A stretch of DNA of 54,756 nucleotides, counting the filler, from Streblomastix strix (lineage: Eukaryota): assembly GCA_008636045.1 (NCBI GenBank). It is 3 parts of 3 records of this genome, joined end to end, with 100 filler letters (N's around TTAATTAATTAA, not from the genome) between each part and the next. Parts side by side here need not be neighbours in the genome. Positions count along the whole stretch, not along the records: positions 18,291 to 36,474 come from SNRW01000632.1; positions 36,575 to 54,756 come from SNRW01000633.1; 1 more part is not named here. One strand, given 5' to 3'. Positions 27,126 to 38,989 of the stretch are shown piece after piece (positions within the stretch are counted from its first letter, which is position 1; each line of letters starts with the position of its first letter). The notes under the pieces are model-generated. The model saw nothing but the letters and a program-made list of their open reading frames with translations. It had not been told where the DNA came from and did no database searches. The position numbers and the translations under genes were made by a program.

Positions 27126-27500
27126 ATGCCATTTGATATGACCTCAGCTCCTAATGTAAAACGTTACGTAATAATGTAAGATGATTGTACGTATGTTGAT
27201 GGAATGTTTAAAGTATAGTTACCTTATGATTTTGTTAACTCAAATAATTAATGAAAAATAGAGTTCATATAATGTAAGATTCTTAACACTCCTGATATAG
27301 TTTCTATTCATTCAACAATAGTATAAGAAGAAAAATATTATGATAGTTTTGTAAGATTTTGTAATGAAACTAGAACAATTACTGAATTTTAATAAATGAA
27401 TCATTAACCAAGTATGTTGATTTGGTTCAAAAACAATATGAATAAAAATGTATCATAAACCGATATAAAATTTGTTCCGGAATTGACGCTTCAATATTGA
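27126..27500 (+). CDS. Small beta-rich protein, candidate minor capsid protein (124 codons; internal TGA at 27252)
   Basis: MPFDMTSAPNVKRYVIMQ...FKVQLPYDFVNS...WFKN...KFVPELTLQY*. Lies immediately after the MCP. Confidence 0.45.
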
Positions 27501-27600
27501 TTGTGAACTAGTACGAACCATTTGGTTCAAATTATTTTTCATGCGTTAATAATTAATCGTTCGTTTTAATTTACTAATCGAACTTTTTTACTGTTCAGAA

Positions 27601-28473
27601 ATGGCATCGACCGCATCAACTACATAAATCGTTTCAAACAATGAAACTTTCACAATCGGCTAATACAACGGATTCGAGATAATTGTTCGTGAAAAAGATG
27701 GATTCATAAATGCAACAAAATTAGTTCAAATTATTAATGAAAGGGAGCATACAAACAAATAAATCAAGAAAATTGTTCAATCAATAATGTGTAGGGATTA
27801 TAAGTAACTTTTATCGGAAAATTCTGTCGGGTAAAATTTTACCCAACAACTTTTGGACTATTAATTAGACAATAATTTCAGTAATCATGTTAAAGGAACA
27901 TATGTACATAAAGAATTGCTAAATGTTGTATGTATGAAGGCATGTGTCAATTACTTACATCATGTTACGAAGATAATGGATAAAATTAATGAAACGACTA
28001 TTACAGAACAAGAAGCTGATAAAACATAAGCAGTAGCAGAACAATTCCATATTGTAATAAATACAGTTACTGATACGTTATCTGATAGATTCACTGATTT
28101 GAATTAATAAGTTAGATAATTAGCACCAAGAACAGTTCCAAATGGCAAGGAAAGAACATATATATTGATGGTTGAAGAGGTTGTTGAAGATGAATAGCTT
28201 GTAGAATAGCAGGAAATTCATATTACAATATGAATCAGAAGAATTAATAGAAAAAACTTACGTCCCGCAAAAATAGAACGATATCGTCGTGAATCATTAC
28301 TTTTTGTTAATAATTTACCAATAGCTATGACGATTAATGAAAAAATTAAAGAAGCTCTATAATCAAGACAAGATGTAAAAATATGGTCAACTCATTATAC
28401 TTTCCCAGAAGATTAACTAGATTTCATAATTGATATAATATAAGCTACTATTAATACAGAAAGAGCACATTGA
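27601..28473 (+). CDS. KilA-N domain DNA-binding protein (290 codons; internal TGA at 28231)
   Basis: YNGFEIIVREKDGFINATKL and KGTYVHKELL match the KilA-N/APSES signature; a coiled-coil segment follows. Confidence 0.88.
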
Positions 28474-28506
28474 TGTATATAGCTATTTTATTTTTGTTTA
28501 ATTGAA

Positions 28507-28911
28507 ATGTCTCGTATACCATTCGATAGTAAGTTAGTTAAGAACAATAAATCTTAAGACAAAATATAACCATTACCTGAACTAAAAATAATCAATAAAA
28601 CTGATGTATAACCATTAACGTTTGATTCGACTGATGAATTCCATTAATATTACGCAGCTAATAAAGAATCTATTGACAAGATGCCAACTATAAAATTAAA
28701 CAAACAATATAAAATAGATGGATATATCTTTACAAAATAGAATGAACAAATAGCATTGAAATAGGCAAAACATAAGTTATCTGAACAAATTGAATTAGCT
28801 AGTCTATAAGAATAAATCAAAGAAATTAATGACAAATTAACGTATTTAGTTAGCTTCTTTGAATAAAAATAATAAACAATATCCTATTAAGATGATGAGT
28901 ACGTTCATTGA
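28507..28911 (+). CDS. Viral hypothetical protein, 134 aa
   Basis: Open frame MSRIPFDSK...TIKLNKQYKIDGY...DDEYVH*, with upstream motif and C-terminal coiled coil. Confidence 0.75.
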
Positions 28912-28912
28912 A

Positions 28913-29686
28913 TCAGATAACTCGTACCATTGTTCCATTATTATTATACTGTACCAGTAATGCTTCACGTTTGCCTAAATGCACATATTCATTCCATAAC
29001 GTTTCTTTATCTAAATGTATGCTTGATTAATAGAAGAATAAATTGAACTTTTATCTATTAAAACCACCGAAAAAGTATATTGTATCAACATTAGATTTAA
29101 TGCTAGCATCTAACCCAATTATGTCTTCCAAGCATAGGAAGTAAATGATTCTAGGCTATCTATTTTTGAATAGTTTCTTGTATAATGGATTGTTTTTATT
29201 CTTGAAGATACTCATTGCATCATCGAACAGAACTACTATATGTGGAAACTTGATTGAAAAATCCTTTGCTCCAATGTGAGATGGTATATCTTTCTTCGAT
29301 TCTTCTTTCATTTAATTCTCTAATTTATATTAAATAACGTCATCATAAGTCTTATTGCATTCAATCAGTTCATCTAATACTTCATTCACTTCTGCATATG
29401 GAACTATCTTAGTTGGGATAGTGATTAGGTCTTTCATTTTCTTATAAATTATATCATTATTGCTATCAGTAACATATATGAATAGTGCGTAACATTTATT
29501 AGGCAATTAACTCAATTTGATTAGCTCATTGAATACATTATATGACTTACAGCTTCCACGTTATCCTATGAGTAAATTGATAGAATTATATGAGAAATTT
29601 AGTTCATTATGAATGATCGATTATACTTCATGTTTATTAGTTTTCTATTTACAAAACAACTGATCTACATATGCGTTAAGAGACAT
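28913..29686 (-). CDS. A32/FtsK-HerA-type genome packaging ATPase, 257 aa
   Basis: Walker A LLIGQRGSCKS (29543-29566; Cys where Gly is expected), Walker B IVVLFDDA, KNRQPRI arginine motif, then YFLCLE and IKSNVDTIYFF. Confidence 0.9.
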
Positions 29687-29738
29687 TTGTTTGTTATTAA
29701 TTATTTCATTCGGTTATGAACGTTTTCTTGTTATCAAA

Positions 29739-31043
29739 ATGAGTGCTTAAGAGTTAAACAATGAAATTATAGACATTTCGGGAAATGCAACTGGTAATGA
29801 CGAATTTTTTAATGAGATAGGTGAAGCTGAGTTACATATACAAAGTTTACATAGACACAAAGGTCGTAAAAGTAAAGCGGAAGAATTAACTATATTGGAA
29901 GAAACAGCTGAAGCATTCCGAAGAGTTCAATAAAAATATTAGACCCCAATATTATAAATGACTCCAAATCCCTTATAAACTTATATTGCTAGTTAACCTT
30001 AAATAATTACCTAAAATCCACTAGCATAATTATAATTACCTTAATAAGTAATTCAGTAACCAACAGAATAATTGATAGAATAAGAGTAATAACCAACTTT
30101 TATCTAAAACCAAAACATAGCTTAAGCGTAACAATCAAGATTTCAACTTTGGTAAGCAGGATAGAGGTAACCGTTAACAGCTAAACAATAAGCAACAGTA
30201 GATAGAATGAAGGCTGGTGCTGCAAGAAAACGAGGACTTCTAGAGTAAGCATTTAACGATACATAGTTTACAGCATTAACAGAAATATTAGACGTAAAGA
30301 AATTTAAACATAGAGATATTAAGTACAATAAAGAATTGAGAATATTACCTTCCGCATAAGCTTATATCATTAGTAGGAAAAGCATGGCTGGCTGGAGAGT
30401 TAGAATTGTAGATTCTGATGGACCTGAAGGACCTCTTCCTAGCTTTTCAACTGTAAATACCGATAATGGAAAGCTTTATTCTATGGGCGGATATATTCCA
30501 AAAGTTGAAAGTAAATATGATGCTTATCAAGAAAATTATATCGGTTCAGTACTAAAAGGCTAACGTAAAACCATGAAATTCTTTGATTTTATGAAAGGAA
30601 AGAAGGTTCCACTTGGAAAGGCTAAAATTTAGACGGATTATTAAAGATAGAATCCTCATCAACACTATATGTCAGCAACCGTTCCATCAAAGGCTGAAGA
30701 GTTTAATCAAGCTTATGGAGGTGATTTATGGAAACTTAAAGGAGCATATATGTATGTTGCTGCAGCAGCTTGGGATTTGATTGTATGATAGATATTGAAA
30801 ATTATTGATACATAAGTAAATTGGGATGCAGCAAGTAAAGAAACTGTTAAACATGCAGCAAGAGTTTATAAGAATGAAATTGCAACTAAATATTTCCAAA
30901 TGGATGATGATGATGAAATAGCATTGGCAACAAATATTGGAAACTTATATAATAGTATAGCTCAACTTGCATATATGGAAAAGCAAAGAACTTAACCAAC
31001 GTTAGGATATTAAGCTCCAGCATCATAAATGGAACAAGATTGA
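29739..31043 (+). CDS. Viral hypothetical protein with Gln-rich N-terminal region (434 codons; internal TGA at 30786)
   Basis: Long table-6 frame MSAQELNNEIIDISG...MEQD*, divergent from the ATPase. Confidence 0.7.
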
Positions 31044-31085
31044 TAATAAGTAAGAATATGATAATATTATTTTTGAATTAACAAA

Positions 31086-34000
31086 ATGACTAGAACAAAG
31101 ATATCAATTGAAGTCGTTAATCGGCTCCTCTAATTATACGATTCAAACGCAAACATGAATGTGAATGATTAATAAAAGAGATCAAATCTAAGTTCAATAC
31201 TGACAAAGATCGGATTCTATGGCTAACGTAATAACGTTAATGCTGTGGAATAAGCGATCAATGCAGTAGTTTCACGTAATATCTATATGGAACAATCCAA
31301 AGCAGCAACTGTGATATAAAATCATGTTTGAAAGTGGTTCAATTAACGGGAACAGTAACGATTAACACGAGAAGAATAATTATAAAAGGAATAAGAATAA
31401 TTATAAAAATAACGAGAATTAGACATAAAAGAATTACGAGAAGAGTTTGATCCAGAACTATTAGATGAAGATGGAATATTCGATCCAGAAAGATATAGAT
31501 AATAGCAGCATTAATTAAGAGCATTAGAGATAGAAGAACGCAGGAGAAAATAAGATGAAGATAGATAGGCAAGATAAGCTTAATTATTAGATGAATTTCA
31601 TAATGTGGAGGATATGAACATCGATATACTATTCGAAACAGACTAATAAGAAATTAGCGATTACATTAGAACTCATGATAAATATATGTATCGTCATCTC
31701 AATACGGATAATGATATAATTATGTTATGTGATGTATAGAATTAAGATTAATTCAATAGGATTAAGAACCTTGCTTTAAATCGGTACAATATAGAAACAG
31801 GTACTCTTTCATATAAATCATATAATTTATTATCAATTAATTAAATAAAACCAACTAAATAATATTATAATAATATTGCTTCCATTGCTGATTTAGATAA
31901 ACACTTAGACTCCATATTAGATAAAGAAAAAGGTTATGTGTTTAAACTAGCTGTTGATTTTGGAGTTCTAATTGAACGTGTTGATGGTAATAATGAAGAT
32001 TAAACAATTAAATACAAATATGTACTTCCTGTAGATGCAAGTTCAGAGAGAAGAGCTCCATTAGAGATACAATCAAGAGATAACATTAGTATGTACAAAT
32101 AGTATCTTCGAACAGTTGTAGGAAGCATGTAAGAGAGAACTAATACAGATACTCATGAAAAAATAGTATCAATATTCTCAATAATGCTTTTTGTATTTCG
32201 ATATCCATTAGCAGGTGCAGCAATTCCTTCATTAAGGTAGCATATCAAACGAAGAGAGATTTATTATGTAGATTGTAAGGTGAATCTATGCTTCTGGACA
32301 GCGTATTCATTCATAACGATGCCTAATTCAAAAGACAAACGAAAGAAAGATTGTTCAAGAATCTCTGAAGCAAAGCGTATATTTCAAAGTGTTAAAGGAG
32401 TGGAGTTTCGAGATAATTATTAAGGATTCAATTTCGTAGGAGACATTGATAACTTCATTAAAAAAAATAGATTAATGTGCACATGTATACATTTGAAGAC
32501 GATCCACCGCATTATGAACTTACATAAATTTATCTCGTTAATGATTCAGATAAACAGTTCAATATCCTATTCATTAATGATGGAATCAATGCTCATATTA
32601 TGTACATATCTGATGTTGAAGCACTAACTGGATTTCGTTACTGTAATATATGTCACAAATAAGCATTCCGAATAAGTGATAAGAATCTATAATAATCAAT
32701 GAGAAAACATATGGAAAAATGCCAAATGAATGATGGAAAAATAGTGAAGAAGGTCATCATAGAGAAGTTTGCAAAACCGTTTGTTCCCCACATATTATCT
32801 ATCTAGACATATAAGTACTTATTAGCGAACAATCTAACTCATTTGTTCAAGCCTACAAGATATTACATAACATATGATATTGAAACATTAGAAAAGAAAG
32901 TTAATGAAAAATATAGTGATAGTTCATAGGTTAATGCTACGTTAATTCCATACGCTATCGCATCAACTGTCAAATTGGCTAGCGGTATCCATTCATTTTA
33001 TTACGATATTTGAACTGATTATTTCTTAGATAAGTGGCTAGAATAACTATTTGAAGAAGCGAAATAAGTAAAAAAAGATAATAAATATATAGATGAAACA
33101 ATCCCATAATACTATGAGGTTCCTGTAATAGGATTCAATTCAGCTAAATTTGATGCGTCAGTGTTGTTTAAGAATTTGAAGTAAAATGATTGGACAATCT
33201 CGAAGTATTTAGGCTCTAGTACAATAGCGAAATAGATTGTTGTCAAGCATAAGTTTTCAAGCATTCATTTGAGATTCGTTGATTTTAAGATCTATTAAAT
33301 GCAACATAAGTTAAAGGATGCTGTAGAAGATTTTGGAAATGGGACTTATAAGAAAGGTAGATTTCCCCATGAATTCATAAACACTAATAAATACATGAAT
33401 GAACTGAATAAAAATGAACCATTCCCGATCGAAGCATTCGATAACAAATTATGAAATAAGAAGCTTAGTGAAGTAAAGTACAAAGTCTACCTAGTCGAAG
33501 CAGCTAAGCACAAAATCCGATGGGATTACTTAAGATACTATAACATATTAGATACTAGAGTTCTAATTGAACCTATTGATTATTTGATTGAGTTAATGTT
33601 TAAATATAAAGTGGATATGTTAGCTAATATATCTATGTCACAATGCGCTAATGCGATCAAATATTCCATGGCATATAATGGTTTTGATATCAATGGAGAT
33701 TATAATTGTGAAAGCACAGATAAATCAATCGAAATCACATAGAATTATTGGAGAGCTAAAGTGGATAGTTATATTGAATAAGATAACAAAAAGAAAAGAA
33801 ATTCAAGCAATAATATAACGATTGATGACTATGATTATTTTAAAGAATTATTCAAGAACTAACGATGTCATATGTACAATGCACGATTCACATGGAAGAA
33901 TAGGCCCACATTAGATAGAATAGATAATTGTAAAGGACATTCAAAAGATAACGTACTTCCATGCTGTTTGTATTGTAATATATGTAAGGCAAACCGTGAT

Positions 34001-35590
34001 GAGAACCAGATGAAATTAATGATTCACCTAAGGAAATATGCGTTACTTAAACAACTACCCATGACGTTGACTTCAGATGAAGGATATCAATTACTTCGTA
34101 AAGGAATAACTGGAGGTATATCAAATGTGATGCATCGATATATCGTAGCAGGAGAAACAAAAATAAATCATTTCGAATTTGATTAAGAAAATAAATGAGT
34201 GTATTCTATAGATTCGAATTATATATAAACGCATGTTGTGTAACTAGATTTTCATAGTTAATATCCTAGTGTTATGAGCGGTGAACCGAATGCGTTAAAA
34301 CCCTACACTAATCACATAATATACATGCCTGCATAATTGATTGAAAGGATAACAGATCAAGATCGATGTAAAGCACTAATATATGACACTAATAGGTTCT
34401 CTAATGACCCATTAGTAGTCGATAAAATGTTATTATTTGTTGCTGAAATTAAAGGTCACACAGATGAGAAATACATTAATGAAGTGATTAATTGGGGATC
34501 TATATTAAGGAACATTGATATCACAACTAACAGATAGACAATAGGAGAATTTATGTATAATCATTTAGTCGAACTTTAACTTCCACATGATAAAACAGAA
34601 CGAAAATTAACAAATTTAATCGATACAAATAATGAAGTAATGAGCTTCAATAATTACTATGTGTGGTTACTTATTGATACATGTCATCTTGTAATTGACG
34701 AGATAGTTAGTGTTACCACATTTACGAAACACGCTAATTTCAACTCATTCATTAAGGAATTTATGAATCTTCGATAACAGGCGAAAGATGCTAAGAATGA
34801 AGGGTTAGGATAGTTCTGTAAGTTGATATTGAATTCAGCATTTGGATGAGATGCGTTGAATAGTGAAAAGTAATCTAATACAAGATTACTCTCTGCAAAT
34901 AAGACGTTTATGTAGCATATGATGGGTGGATTCATTCATTCGACTGAATTGAACGATGATTTATATGCTGTGTAAGTTGATTAGGAACACTGTCGTTGCA
35001 ATACATGCTTATAGGTTGCTTACTTCATATTGGACTCTGCGAAATTTTGGTACGTTAATTTCATATATAATTTTATGTATAAAGCGTACGGCATGAGTAG
35101 GATGCACTTCGTACAAGAAGATACTGATAGTTTGACATGGGCAATTAGTGGCAATCCAAATAGAGGTACAGATCAACTGTTTGAAGAAGTCATCAAAGAC
35201 CAGGGGTTCTATGACACTTATAAGGATTGTGTGTTTTCAGAGAATGGATAAAAATAGATACTTCATATTGGCGTGGAAAAATAAGGTTATAACTGTATAG
35301 CTCTATCACCCAATAATTATATAAATAATGATGAGATTGTTTTGAAAGGTGTTATTATGAATCTGAATCCTTAGATTAATGAACAAACGTTTATTGACTG
35401 TATTAACAAAGGAACTATCGCAACAGCTATTAATACAACTCTTGCTTAACGTAAGGGTACGAAGTCACGCTTATAGATCGAGAAAAGTACAATCACGGGA
35501 TCTCATACTAAGATGATAGTATTATCGAATCATTCATGTCTTCCATTTATTAATAATATTAAAGCAGATAGATATTTTATTAAATAGTTA
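31086..35590 (+). pseudogene. polB: Protein-primed family B DNA polymerase (pPolB, ~1,500 codons), disrupted
   Basis: Exonuclease motifs ExoI YYITYDIET (32861), ExoII VIGFNSAKFD and ExoIII YYNILDT. Polymerase motifs GITGGIS, A LDFHSQYPSVM (~34244), B KLILNSAFG and C EDTDS (35117-35131). Frameshift in the A8 run at 32460-32467; in-frame TGAs at 31329, 33011, 33452, 34196 and 34847. No stop codon at the expected end. Confidence 0.93.
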
Positions 35591-35614
35591 TTATATTATT
35601 TTTACTTTATCGAA

Positions 35615-36106
35615 ATGAGCAATCAAGAGATGCAAAACGAAACAGTTAACACATTAAAGTAATGTATTCAATCGATGCAACAAACAAGAGCTTTATATAA
35701 GTTATCGATGGATTTATAAAGGGTACTTGATGGAATAGATAGATGTGACGCAAAATTAGATGAATGTGATACAAAATTAGATGCAAAAAATGCAGGTGTA
35801 TTTCCTTGCAGAACTATTAAAAAGAAGACAGAACATTACGATGATTAAGTATTCTATTTAAGAATGGCTGGTAAATTACCGAAAATAATTAATAAAAAGA
35901 AGCTAGTTTGTTTCGATGAGGCACATAGCGATACAGCGTTTGAAATGAGAATGTCACTTAAGGAAAGAATATAAGATGAGGTTCATTGGATGAACTTCGA
36001 ATGCAGTGCCGAAAATCGACTTCATAATGCTTGTGATGAATATAGAGAAATACGAGATAATTATATAAATTAATTAGAAGAATTAATTAAAACGTTGAGT
36101 GAATGA
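35615..36106 (+). CDS. Viral hypothetical helical protein, 163 aa (in frame with the pPolB 3' end)
   Basis: MSNQEMQNETVNTLKQ...LIKTLSE*, with its own upstream motif at 35596. Confidence 0.7.
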
Positions 36107-36120
36107 TTTATTTTTGCAAT

Positions 36121-36474
36121 ATGGAAATGCTTATCTTTGAACTATTATCCGCAAATATAACTGTTGCCATTGATGCCCTTGAATAGCTCCATATTGATTG
36201 GCACGCTAACTTTAAAACTATTTGGGAAGCCGCTATCAAATATGCTTGTGAATCGAAGATCTGTCATTGAAGTCTATAATTAATTTTGAATATAAAATGA
36301 ACAGAGATCCATTAGCTAATTCCGACTAAGTTTACAAGTTAGTGCTAGCAAGATTTGCATAAAACAGATGAACAAATAGAATATGATTCACATAATATGG
36401 AACAGTAACTCACACGATTAGCGAATACAAATAATGGAATAATGAAATTTGCACAGTTTATTTCAAATATGAGA
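36121..36474 (+). pseudogene. Partial viral hypothetical gene with TGAs at 36268 and 36298, running off the contig
   Basis: MEMLIFELLSANITVAIDALEQLHIDW..., with upstream motif at 36108. Confidence 0.5.
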
Positions 36475-36574
36475 NNNNNNNNNNNNNNNNNNNNNNNNNN
36501 NNNNNNNNNNNNNNNNNNTTAATTAATTAANNNNNNNNNNNNNNNNNNNNNNNNNNNNNNNNNNNNNNNNNNNN
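36475..36574. other. Artificial contig spacer
   Basis: Same 100-nt N/TTAATTAATTAA linker as at 18191. Confidence 0.99.
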
Positions 36575-36849
36575 TAGTTTTATTGTTATTTTATTATCAT
36601 TACAATGTTATCATTTCACTGTTTGCTACGAACTGGGCCCATAGGCGCCCAGAGTCCAATAAACAAAGGTGGAGCTCACTTCTCTTTCGGAGGAGATTGC
36701 ATTATGAATTGTGCATTGATAGCGTTTAAAAAGTTGATTATGAAGATCAAGATACACCGAATGAGAAATTTGCTGATGATAGCGATATTGAATAGAAATA
36801 GGATGAACCAGATAGAGATGAAGATCAAGATTTATTATCATCAATAGTT

Positions 36850-38980
36850 CATTTTGAGTTGAAGTTGATACAAATGTTCCAAAATAGATAGAAGTTATTT
36901 CAATCAGTTAAGATCAGAAAGATGTTTAATGGAGAAGAGATGTAACTTCAGTATACGAATGGATTGTTATTCAAATAAAAGATCAATGGGAATAAAATTA
37001 CTAAAATCAAAGATTTTAATTAATAATAATTAAAATAACTTCAAGAATCACATTCAAAAATGGCGTAATCATCACAAGCATAAAAGAATGACATTACTCA
37101 ATATCCAGTTGAATTCAATATATCTCCAATATATAGACCAGTTAAAGTTCATTTGTTAGTATTCTCAGCCAACCCAGATTCAATAAATACTTATCAATAA
37201 ATGAATCAGTAAGAGTTGTTGAAATTTGTATACAAATAAATATTGAATAATACATCAATTATGAATTATTTATTAAATTATTAAATTATTATAGAAATCA
37301 TAAAAGAGAAATGAAAATTGGAAGAAGGAAAGATAATTTAAAATCCTTGAAGCTGAACTTAATGGTTTGTTATTAACAAATAATTTGAGAATATATAAAT
37401 GAATGATGAATTATTTGATATATTTATATTTATTTAAATAACTTATTATTCTATATATTCTTCACCCAATTCATAAATCCACCATCTAATTTGGATAAAT
37501 GAACATATCTCAATGCAGACAGAATAAGCAACAGACTGATTTAGCATTTGAGGAAACAGAATATTGAAGGTGATTTGGAGATGAGAAGAGCTGAGATAAG
37601 AAAAGAGCAGAGATTGAGATAGAAATAAAAAGAAAGAAGAGAAATTGAGGGATAAACTGAGAAGTAAGAAACTTCGTTAGAGATTGATTGTTAGAAGTAA
37701 AGCAAATGATTCTAAAGTATATTTATATATGAAATTTATTTAATAGATGTTTATTTGTTAATATAATATTGGATTTAAAAGAAAGAATACTAATTAATTA
37801 TTTATATTTATATTTATTATATTTATTAGAAACTCAACCAACATCTTTCATAATTGAAACAAACCCTGATATTGAGAATATATTTATTAGAGATCCAACA
37901 AGAAGTTATATAAATATTCATATTAATAATTGATTAATAAATAATTAATCTGAATAATTTAGAAAAAGATTTGACAGAATATTTTCAATCTTTTCTTTAT
38001 TAATATTAATATCAGGTATTTCAATGAAAAGTTTGATTATGTAATTAATGAATGAGCACCATTAGCAATTTCACTTATTCAATAAGAGATAAAAGAATTT
38101 TCATATGATTCATATACCCAAAGATCGCAGAAGAAGGAATTTAAAGAGCAGAATATTCAAGTTAATTACAATAACAATCATGATGTAGTCACCCAAGGAT
38201 TGAACCCCAATTGTTATAGAAACACAACAATCAGTCTTTTGAATACTCTGAATGAACAGAAGATGATCTATTACTAAAGAATGAAATAAAGAATCCAATA
38301 AAAGATATTAGATATTTTAATATTGATAATATTAATATGATAATCCAAGTACTAAAAATAGGGAAGATGATATTCTTTTCTTATTCCTCAGTCTCTCAAT
38401 CAATTTAACCCATCTTCAAATATCAATAAATTAAGTGACATAAACTTATAGAAAGTCAATTTTTGCATCATCTTTTTCTTTCTATTATGATTAGACAACA
38501 CATATACCTATTTAATATTCCAATGTTTGGAGTAGCATAATAAAGATAAAACGAGTTCTATTTAGTGAGATTTATTGATGAAGAGAATGGATATACATTA
38601 CGCCTGGGAATATGAATATATCAATTGAAGATGGTTAGAAGGTAATGTTTTATATGAGATATTAATTTGATTAAATGAATTTATTAATTATGAATTTAAT
38701 AAGATTTGTCATATTTCATATTTTATTATATATAAACTATACAGATTGTTTGAGACTTCTAAAATAGGAATGAAAATGCAAATATACTCACCACCTAATT
38801 AAATTAATCAATCTCCATATCCACATGTATGTATTATATGAGTAACAGGAGATTGTGTTGCTGAATGGGAAGATATTTAAAATGAAAGGAAGAAGAGAAA
38901 TGAAGCTGTTATTGTTCAGAATATAGCAGAAACTCTTGAAAGAGATTCAAATGGAAGATTTCAATTGAAGTTAATATTAT
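36850..38980 (+). pseudogene. Degraded intron-containing gene fragments of unknown family (paralogous at ~44170-46360)
   Basis: Coding-like segments (e.g. NDITQYPVEFNISPIYRPVKVHLLVF) flanked by GT/AG AT-rich introns but broken by TGAs and frameshifts. Confidence 0.3.
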
Positions 38981-38989
38981 GAAATATAC

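Larger units (their letters stand above)
18291..36474. mobile_element. Polinton-like/Maverick-type dsDNA virus (probably endogenous, partly decayed; ends not captured)
   Basis: Dense intron-less array containing pPolB, an A32-like packaging ATPase, a probable major capsid protein, fibres and KilA-N. The host contigs, by contrast, have introns and long AT-rich intergenic regions. Confidence 0.9.

Noticed and set aside
31302..31349. IQ calmodulin-binding-like motif AATVIQNHV*KWFNQR in the pPolB N-terminus
   Set aside because: Single imperfect match with the key Arg position occupied by a stop; too weak without homolog alignment.
20622..34849. TGA reassigned to an amino acid in the virus
   Set aside because: TGA ends the intact genes, the internal TGAs fall at contexts implying different residues, and frameshifts co-occur. 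Decay explains this better.
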